Part shown: positions 38,337-48,200 of the stretch, one piece after another
Numbering within the stretch: position 1 is the first letter of the stretch
How the letters are laid out: each line of letters opens with the position of its first letter
Notes under the pieces: model-generated
The model's input: only the letters and a program-made list of their open reading frames with translations
Databases searched by the model: none
What the model was told of the DNA's origin: nothing
Program-made: the position numbers and the translations under genes
Assembly: GCA_043228905.1 (NCBI GenBank)
Contig: JBHGNT010000007.1
Span: 18,104,001-18,168,000 of the forward strand
Direction: 5' to 3'
DNA length: 64,000 bases
Source of the DNA: Azolla caroliniana
Taxonomy: Eukaryota > Plantae > Polypodiophyta

Positions 38337-39272
38337 CCGGCTGAGACCGAAAAAGATCGAGGAAGGCGACTGGGTGTTGCTGTAAGACAATAGCCTCGAT
38401 AATCAGGATAAGGCGGTGCCTAAGTTTGTGAGGAGATCGTTTGGGCCCTACACGGTGACAAGCACGAACGACAACGACACATATCATCTCGCGAAGCTCA
38501 ATGGGACGCGGATAGTCGTACCGGTGGCCGGCAAGAGGGTCAGGATGTTCAAGAAACGGCACGAGAAAGAATAGGACCTGGTGAGCGATGGCGGCGGCGA
38601 TGCCCGAATAGGGGAAGGCGAGGGTTCGGAAAACGACGAGTGATCAAGGGCCGGTTTCCACCAAGGTTGTTCCTGCCTGGCACGTACCGGTGGACGTGCG
38701 GTTTGCTGAGGGTGGATGTCATGGAGAAAACCGCCCCTAGGAGGAATCAAGGGGAGGAGGCGTGACCCAATCCTTTTCGTGTGTGTATGTGTTTATGAAT
38801 TGTACATAGCTAGGAATAGATCAGTTGATGTACATATGTACTACAAACGGTATTAATTATTTAGGGAATCGATGCGTATCTCTATCCGAAAGGACAGAGA
38901 ATAAAGTTGATATGTTTTGATGTAACGGTCTCCTTGGCGACCTATAAAGGGAGGGGAGAAGAGGAATATTATATCGTGTTTTGGCGAGGACAAAGTGTTG
39001 TCAGACTGGGGACCGAGCTCTCTCCTCCTCAACCTTTGCTCTCCACTACGTTTCTACTTCGGTTGCCTTTGTTGCGTGTAAGCGCCTATGCTTCCAGCAG
39101 AGGCTCCACTGTGCACTCTCTGTGTCATCCATGTGTGTGCGTGGAACCTCCGTTTTGGGTCTGTTTCCGGTTTGCCAGTTGTAATCGTTGTTGACATAGT
39201 AATTGAATCTTCTGTTCCTGTCTCTATCCTTGTGTTTCTGTGGATCGCTCTCCCTCTTCTTTCTCACGCTCC

Positions 39273-42200
39273 TATTAGGATCTCGATCCCTCCAGATGGG
39301 ATACGAAGGCCCGGCATCAGAAGAACCGGTGAGAACCGGATGTGGAGTACCCGGCAAGGAAGACCCAATGAGAACCGGATGACGAGTAACCGGCAAGGAA
39401 GACTCGGTGAGAACCGGATGTTGCAGGCCCAGTGAGAACCTCTCACCGGATGAAGGGACATATATGTAGATATGTTTCTGAGAGCCCATTGGGGCTATAT
39501 CTGTAATTAGTCCTAATGTCATATTAGTATAAATGTGACCTAGGGCAAACAGTGTAGATATGGTAGTTGTTGTTATTATCTTTGTATAGGGTAATTGGTG
39601 TAACGACTGTATTGAGAGAGACAGTGAGAGAGAGCGATACAAAGCATGTCTCTGTTGTAACCACCGCCAAGTGAAGATTGTGAGCAAGAGGTCGTTGCCT
39701 CTGTGCTCCCTGTTGTACTCCTTGACATAGTGATAGTTTGGAGTCTGTGGACTCCCGTGGTTTTTCCCTCTCAGGGTTTTCCACGTTAACATCCTGTGTA
39801 TTCTCTTTCTATTTATGTACTTACCTCCATCCCCATTTCTTCTGTGTTTGATTGTCATCAAGTGATCTACACTTCGGTTGTGTCCGGAGATTATTCCGCA
39901 TATTTCTCGTCAACTGGTATCAGAGCGACACGACGCAGAAAAATGGACGATTCGTTGGGAGGCATGTTCAAGCTCACCAACTCCAACTACTCAGTGTGGA
40001 AGTTGAAGATGAGGGACATGCTCGTGGTTAAAGATCTTTGGTTGCCGGTTCAGTTCGGGGACAAGAGACCGAACAAAATCGATGCCACGATATGGGAGGT
40101 GAAGCACATGAAGACAACGGCATACATACAGTGCTTCATCAACATGAGTCTATACAACAACTTCAATGACGAGAGCAAGGCTCATGAGCTCTAGGAGAAG
40201 ATCGGCATTATGTTTCAGAACAAAAATGTTGTTAATTAGGTTTCGGTATTTCAGAAACTAGTAAGACTCTGGTACCAAGATGGCTCTAGCATGACAGAGC
40301 ACATGAATGCCTTCCAGGGGCTGATCCACCAGGCAACATCATTGGAAGTACCTCTCGCCGATGAGGTACTAGCACTACTCCTGCTCGATTCCCTCCCAAA
40401 TAGCTGGGAGACGCTGGTTGTCACTTTGGGCAACACCGGGCCGAAAGGGAAACGGTTGTCCCTAGCAAGAGTGAAGTCGAGCTTGCTAGATGAGGAGGCG
40501 CGTCGGAAAGACAAGGATACGAGCTCCGACTCCAAAGTGCTCCTTACCGAATCGGAACGCGGAAGACAAAGGAACCGTAGTCCCTAGAATCGGGAAAAGT
40601 CGGGGACACGGTCAAAGTCAAGGGAGAGGCCTACTTGCTTCTATTGCGGCAAGCCAGGACACTTCCAGAAGAACTGTCGGCACTTCTGAAAAGACAAGGA
40701 AACTGATGGTACCGATTCAAAGCAGACACCAGACCGGAATGGTAAAAACCAGAGGGGACTAGACCAGAAGGGAACGACGGCAATCGCGGCAAGTGAAGAA
40801 GAGTTGATGCTCATCACCGAGGAGAGTGAGTTGAACCTTGCCGGCGACGAGACAACGTGGGTTGTCGATTCCGGAGTGTCATTCCACCTTACCCCGGACC
40901 AGAAATGGTAGTCATCCTATACAGTCGGTGATCACGGTTGTGTCCGGATGGGGAATGAAGGTACATGCCTAATTGTCGGCATAGGAGACGTGTGGTTGAC
41001 AACACCAACCGGATGCAAGTTGCTGCTGAAGGATGTCTGACACGTTCTAGAGGTTCGACTAAACCTGATATTTGCCAGTCGGCTAGATGATGAAGGCTAC
41101 ACGGGTAGCATCCGGAACGGAGTCATGAAATTCAGCAAAGGGAGCCTGATAGTGGCTCAGGCCCGGAAGGTCAACACGTTGTACCTGATGAATGCCCGGT
41201 TATGGCCGAAAGAAGTGAACGTGCCTTCCGACACTGCCGGTGAGCTATGGCACAAGAGACTGTGTCACATGAGCGTGAAGGGGATGAAGAGGCTTGCCGA
41301 TGACAAACTCATTCCGGTGAAGAACGTGCATCAAGAGAGGTGCACCGACTGCCTAGCCGGTAAGCAAAACCGGACCTCCTTCCAATCAAGGCCACCGATG
41401 AGACGTAATGCACCATTGGAGGTGGTGCATACCGATGTGTGTCAAGTGGACACGAAGTTCCATGCTGGAGCTCAGTACTTCGTGACGTTCATAGATGACC
41501 ACAGCAGGAGGTTGTGGGCCACACCGTTGAAGACGAAGGATCAGGTGTTATCCGTCTTCAAGGAGCTGCACGCAAGAGTGGAAAGAGAAACCGGATGGAA
41601 GCTGAAGGCGGTCCGAGCAGATAACGGAGGGGAATACCGGGGGCAATTCGAGGAGTACTGCCGCTCGAAGGGAATCTGGTTCGAATTTACCGTGCCGAAG
41701 ACGCCGGAACTAAATGGGCTAGCCGAGAGGATGAACCAGACCATAATGGAGAGGGTCCAGAGTATGCTAGCACATGCTAAACTACCAAAGACGTTTTGGG
41801 CTGAGGCGTTGTCAACAGCGACGTATGTGATAAACAGATCACTCTCAGTGCCCTTGGATGGAGACACGCCGCAAAAGGTGTGGACCGGTAAGGAAGTGTC
41901 CTACCGGCATTTGAAGGTGTTCGGGTGTCTCGCGTATGTGCATGTTGCTAAGGACCGGAGAGGAAAGTTGGATCCAAAGACCCGGCCATGCATATTCCTC
42001 GGATACGGCGATGATGAGTTCGGCTACCGAGTGTGGGATCCGGTTGACAAGAAGTTTTTCCAGAGCCGAGATATTATCTTCATGGAGGACAAGACTCTTG
42101 CCGACTGGGAATCAGAGAAGAAGATCATGAACTCCAATGAGATTCGGACCCACCCGGCTAAGAGCCGGTTGACACTCAAGGAACCAGCCAGTTACGGTGA

Positions 42201-44654
42201 GGATACCGAACTGGTAGAAGAAGAAGTAGAGGAAGCTGAAACCAGAACCAGCCAAGACCCCGAATCGGATTCGGATGAAGAACAAATAGAGGAGTCAGTT
42301 GCCGATAGCCAAAGACGGAGATATCCTCTCAGAGAGAGAAGGGCCCCCCAGAGATTTCCAGTTGCTAACCGATGAGGGGGAGCCGGAAAGCTTCGAAGAA
42401 GCGAAGAATGACACCCATAGCCGCAAGTGGTTGAGTGCCATGCAGGACAAGATGGATTCCCTGCATGAGAACCACACATATGAATTGGTGGAGTTGTCGA
42501 AAGGAAAGAGGGCACTCCGAAACAAGTGGGTGTACAAGTTAAAACCAGGAGATGCCAGCAACCCTCCAAGGTACAAAGCCAGGATCGTGGTGCAGAAGAA
42601 GGGTGTGGACTTCGACGAGATATTTGCCCCGGTAGTAAAGATGACTTCTATCCGGATGGTGATGAGCATAGCGGCAAGCATGGACCTCGAGGTAGAGAAG
42701 TTAGATGTGAAGACGGTGTTCCTCCACGGCGGCCTCGAAGAGGAGATCTACATGCAGCAACCAGAGGGATTTGTGAACAAAGGGAAGGAGCACTTGGTTT
42801 ACCGGTTAAAAAAGAGCCTCTACGGGTTGAAGAAGGCTCCCCGGCAATGGTACCGGAAGTTCGACACCTTCATGACTGATCAAGGGTACCACAAGACGCA
42901 GGCCGATCACTGCGTATTTGTGAAGAAGTTTGAAGGTGGAGACTTCCTGATACTCCTCTTGTACGTGGATGACATGTTGATCGTCGAATGAGACCAAGTC
43001 AAGATACGGATGCTGAAGAAGGCCCTGAACTGGACCTTCTCATAGAAAGACTTGGGTCCGGCAAGACAGATGTTGGGGATGCATATCATCCGGAACCGGC
43101 CAATCAAGCAATTGTGGTTGTCACAAGAGAAGTACGTGACAAAGGTGCTTCAACGGTCCAACATGTCAGATGTGAAATTGGTCGGATCGACACTTCCGGA
43201 AAACTGTAGGTTATCCGGTAAGCAAAGCCCGAAGACGAAGGTAGAGAAGGTGGATATGATGAAGATACCATATGCCTCTATCGTTGGGAGCCTAATGTAC
43301 GCAATGGTGTGTACCCGACCGAATATCGGATATGTAGTCGGAGTGGTGAGACTGTTTATGAGCAATCCCGGCAAGGAGCACTAGAATGCAGTAAAATGGA
43401 TACTCTGATACTTGAAAGGCACCTCAAGTATGTGTCTCCAATTCGGCTCCGGTAAACCCCAACTTGACGGTTTCACCAATTCGGATATGACGGCTGATGC
43501 GGATACCAGCACAGTCAACATCCAGATATGTCATGACATATGCGGGGGGAGCTATTTCGTGGCAATCGAGGCTGCAGAAGACGGTTGCGTTGTCAACCAC
43601 GGAAGCGGAGTACATTGCGGTTGTGGAAGCCGGCAAGGAAATACTATGGATGAAGGATTTCATCGAAGAGCTAGGGATCCGGCAAGAGGAATACCGGCTC
43701 TATTACGACAGTCAAAGTGCCATCCACCTTGCGAAGAACACAACATATCATTCCAGGACGAAGCACATCTAGCGGAGGTACCACTGGATTCAAGAGCGAG
43801 TAGAAGACCGAGAGTTCGTGCTAACGAAGATCCACATGAAGGAAAACGGGTCGGATATGCTGACCAAGGTGCTGACGCCAAACAAGCTAGACGCATGCCG
43901 GAAGCAGATCGGACTAACGAGGCATCCCATGCCGGAGTGAAGGGGGAGTTTGTTAGGATCTCGGTCCCTCCGGATGGGATACGAAGGCCCGGCATCGGAA
44001 GACCCGGTGAGAACCGGATGTGGAGTACCCGGCAAGGAAGACCCGGTGAGAACCAGATGATGAGTACCTGGCAAGGAAGACCCGGTGAGAACCGGATGAT
44101 GTAGACCCAGTGAGAACCGGATGACGAGTACCTAACAAGGAAGACTCAGTGAGAACCGGATGTTGCAGGCCCGGTGAGAACCTCTCACCGGATGAAGGGA
44201 CATATATGTAGATATGTTTCTAAGAGCCCATTGGGGCTATATCTGTAAATAGTCCTAATGTCATATTAGTATAAATGTGACCTAGGGCAAACAGTGTAGA
44301 TATGGTAGTTGTTGTTATTATCTTTGTATAGGGTAATTGGTGTAACGACTGTATTGAGAGAGACAGTGAGAGAGAGCGATACAAAGCATGTCTCTGTTGT
44401 AACCGCCGCCAGGTGAAGATTGTGAGCAAGAGGTCGTTGCCTCTGTGCTCCCTGTTGTACTCCTTGACATAGTGATAGTTTGGAGTCTGTGGACTCCCAT
44501 GGTTTTTCCCTCTCAAGGTTTTCCACGTTAACATCCTGTGTATTCTCTTTCTGTTTATGTACTTACCTCCATCCCCATTTCTTCTGTGTTTGATTGTCAT
44601 CAAGTGATCTACACTTCAGTTGTGTCCAGAGATTATTCCACATATTTCTCGTCA
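39273..44654 (+). mobile_element. Copia G: full-length Tork-like Ty1/Copia inserted in the 3' LTR of E
   Basis: LTRs at 39273-39912 and 43951-44654. TSD GCTCC (39268-39272 / 44655-44659). PBS TGGTATCAGAGC at 39915-39926 and PPT GGAGTGAAGGGGGAGTT at 43934-43950. Confidence 0.95.
39943..43950 (+). pseudogene. Copia G gag-pol (many premature stops)
   Basis: MDDSLGGMFKLT..., integrase ORF 41125-42375, RT ORF 42299-42991 (YVDDML) and RNase H 43497-43772. Confidence 0.92.
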
Positions 44655-45193
44655 GCTCCTTGGTTTAGGGCCCCCGTGGTCTTGCCTCATTTCACACGCG
44701 AGAGCGTAACAACACGACAACGTGGAAAACCCTAATTGGGAAAAACCACGGGAGCCACGGACTCCGAACTATCACTATATGAGAGGAAATATAAAGTGGA
44801 AACATAGACGCAACGACCTTGTACTCATGAACTTTGCCAGACGAGGGTTACAGCAAAAAGTGCTCATAGCTAGTCTTTCTCGCTCTCTCTCTTTGTACAA
44901 CAATAACAACAACATACAATAAAGTGATTGCCCTAAGTCATATTTATATACTTATATGACTTTAGGGCTATTTACAAATATAGCCTCAATGGGCTTATTC
45001 TAACATATTTACAAATATGTCCTTGGATCCGGTTTGCACCGGCTCCATCCAGATTCACCCAATCTGATTTCTGGGTCTCATCCGGAACCCTTCCGGATCC
45101 GGTTCCTTCATCCGGCTCATCCGATCCGACTCATCCGGTTCGGCACCTCCGGTTGTCATCCATATCCCATCCGGAGGGACGGAATTCCTAACA

Positions 45194-45480
45194 ATACCTT
45201 GAAAGCCCATCTGAATTACGTCAAGAGGATCCTAAGGCCGGCTAAGTCCAATAGACTTTGGGGTCTGATATGACTCATCAACACCAATTGGGTTGAGTAG
45301 GTACATAGACATTGATTGGGTAGAAAGCCCAACAAAGAGAAGATCTACTAGCGGATACATCTTATCACTAGGCAAGTACCTACCAATGGTTGCGCAATAT
45401 TCAGCTCACTAAGAACCCTTTGTTTCATGCACGTGCGAAGCACATTGAAAGACATTATCACTTCATCAAAGAACATGATC
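45194..45480 (+). pseudogene. Old degenerate Copia RT/RNase H remnant, apparent target of D
   Basis: Traces of HLNYVKRILR, RRSTSGYILSLG and FHARAKHIERHYHFIKE. Confidence 0.6.
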
Positions 45481-47048
45481 ATGCGGCATAACTCATGAAA
45501 TACTATTGAGTGGCCTCCACAAAATAGAACTTCCTAATTTATCATGTGTGCTTACATCTAGTGGGCTCCACATAAGAGAACTTTTTGAGTTCTCTCATGT
45601 TGAGCTAAAGGATGAGTTTTTATGAAATTCATTGAGGATTTCCCAATGAAACCAATGAAAGGGGTTGGAACTTCATGTTGAAATTTGGCACTTTGATAGT
45701 CACTTGGATTATGAGAGGTTGAGAAACAACCAGATCTCACCAAATTGGCCTATACATGGAAAGTGCAACCCTGTAGGATACAAGTGAAATCTAAGATGTT
45801 CTTCTCAAGGAAACCCTTGCCAAGTACATTTCTTACATCAAGACTAGGAAGCCACTTGCCGATGGTTGAGGAGAAATGTCATTACCCATTCCATGGGCAC
45901 TTCTTCCCTAAGAAACAAGATATATGATACTACATAAGAAGATATAAGTAAACATGATTATATAACTATGAAATCATATAGAGATTTCATTTAGTGGTTA
46001 TAGAGCCCGTGGAGTTACAATAGATTTGGTTAGAACCTTTGAGAGAGGATTATATTATTTAAAAACAAAAAACTTTTACATAGGGTGAAAATATTAAAAG
46101 GAAGATGAGATAGGATTAAAGAGTATCAAATGATGTTTTGAAGAAATGAAAGATTGGCCGTTATGGGCATGACCATATAATATCTCGTGGTGAGAATGTA
46201 CCATAGTATTCTATACACGTGGATAAAGTGTGAGGGTTAAACGAGAGTGTAAAGAAGGGGAGGATTACTTTTAATACTCGGGATTGAGACAATCCATTAG
46301 GCCAAGTCTGAACTTGCTTGGGGGCCTTGGGTCTAGCTATCAAATATGAGGTCGAGCTACCCTCATTTCATGATCTCTTGACTACGTTGAGACTCCATTC
46401 TTGTGGTGGGTCAACTCGTGTAGCAAGCGCGCCGCCACCATGTACAACTCGACGTCACGGCAGTGGTATGGGATGTCGATCGAGGCTCGAATCTGTCTCG
46501 ATCCCTTCGCTCAAGGGTGACCGAGTGGATCGACACCTATCATGATATGGCAAGACTCAAACCCATGACCTTAGGTTATATGGGTCGAGCTCTTGACCAT
46601 TAGATCATCTATTGTAATACGTAGGATATTATTTTCATTTACATTTTATTATAGGAAATTAGTGTATATTCCAGATTTCTCTGGAACATTCTAGAAGCTT
46701 CAGGATTAATCCTGAAAAACTATAAAAGAGGGCACTAGGCATTATATTGAACCAAATTGGTTCAACGCCAGTCTTAAGCCTTTTAGCCACCATTGTATAT
46801 TCTCTTCATATAATACATATCTTTCTTATCATCACTCTCTCTCTCTCTCTCGATCTCTCTCTTTCTCTCCGTCTCGCTCACTTCTTCCTTCTCTCGAAGA
46901 AGTTCCAGACCTCTCATAGTACTAATCCTTCGTTTAGTACTAATTCCTTCTCTGTCTCAGTACTGTTCCTGACAGTTTGAACCAATTTTTCCTACCTTCT
47001 GTCTCTATCATTTCCTACTAATCTTTTATTCCTCTTTTCTTTCATCCC

Positions 47049-48200
47049 ATGGCCACTATTAGCGCTGAAGAATATCAATCTGTTTTCTCGGAATTTCAAT
47101 GCTTGAAGGAGAAGTTCCATGCTTTGGAACAAGAAAACCAACGGTTGCTGGGGGATCTTTAGCAAATCTCCTTAGAAAAGCAGCAAACGTAACAACAACA
47201 TGGGGAACTTGCGTTACGCGTGCAACAACTCGAAGCAACCATCGTAGCGATGCAACAACAAGGGCCCGGAACACAAGGGATTCATAAAGAACCCAAGATT
47301 GGCCTTCCCACGAAGTTCGATGGAACGCGATCGCAAGTTAGAGGGTTCCTTAACCAGGTACGATTAGTTATTCAAATGCATCCTTCCCGATATCCCACCG
47401 ATGCATCACGAGTGGGTTTAGTAGGCACTTTGTTAAGTGGCTCAGCGTTGTCATGGTTTGCTCCACTATTAGAAAAGGAATATCCGTTACTCAACAATTT
47501 TGAAGAGTTTCTAGGTGAGTTTAAAGCATGTCTCAGAGATACTGACAGCATCAGGACCGCAATCAACAAAATCCGGCGATTACGCCAAGGTGACCGTCCA
47601 GCCTCCGCATACGCTGCAGATTTTCGCCTACTCGCTGCCGATATCCCTTAGGATGATCAAGCGTTGATGGAGCAATTCCGTTATGGTTTACGCAACGACG
47701 TCAAGGATTTACTCTTGACCTTCCCCGAAGAGCCAAAGTCCTTAACAGAAGCAATCAGTCGCGCGGTGAGATGTGACAACCGCCTCTTTGAGCGACGTTC
47801 GGAACGACAGCTACAGATGCCGAGGGCAAGATCAGAGCCCACCTACGCCTCAGTGGTAGCAAGACCTTTCCCGAGGGAGTCATATAATGCGCCTCCAGCG
47901 AATACTCCGACTCCGATGGAGATTGACACTACACGTCGTCGAGGGCCATTATCCGAAGAAGAAAAGCAGCGACGCCGTACAAATCGACTATGTCTTTACT
48001 GTGGTGGACCAGGACATATCGCAATAAATTGCCCCCATAGGCCAAGAAGACAGGTAGACAAAATAGTCGCTAGTTCTAATTGTACTAAACCCGAGCCTAT
48101 TTTAGTAGGGATATCTGATAGTCCTAATAGTACTAATATCCCAGATCTAGCAAACAAATTTGATGTCCTTAGTCAATTAGAAGAAGAGTTAAACGACTAA
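47049..48200 (+). pseudogene. Chromovirus I gag
   Basis: PTKFDGTRS, ALSWF, PMEID and CLYCGGPGHIAINC. Contains stops relative to the intact paralogue at 60929-62098. Confidence 0.92.

Larger units (their letters stand above)
21811..44719 (+). mobile_element. Gypsy E: internally deleted Trp-primed Gypsy inserted in the 5' LTR of D
   Basis: 5' LTR 21811-28204 (split by F) and 3' LTR 38717-44719 (split by G). Perfect 4-bp TSD ACGT (21807-21810 / 44720-44723). Degenerate PBS-Trp at 28210-28227. Confidence 0.9.
473..45193 (-). mobile_element. Copia D: degenerate Tork/Tnt1-like Ty1/Copia element, host of most of the nest (3' part lies outside the window)
   Basis: The 5' LTR is 21720-21810 plus 44724-45193 (split by E) and starts TGTTAGGAATTCC. 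A PBS-Met-like TCGTATCAGAGC is at 21705-21716. gag/PR/INT remnants lie at 19528-21690 and the INT-RT linker at 473-695. Confidence 0.8.

Noticed and set aside
39046-39861. 271-aa minus-strand ORF
   Set aside because: It spans the junction between the G LTR and the E LTR, so it cannot predate the insertion. Low-complexity translation.
45558-46537. Host gene exons
   Set aside because: Short ORFs with no recognisable motif or clear splice structure. Left unannotated.
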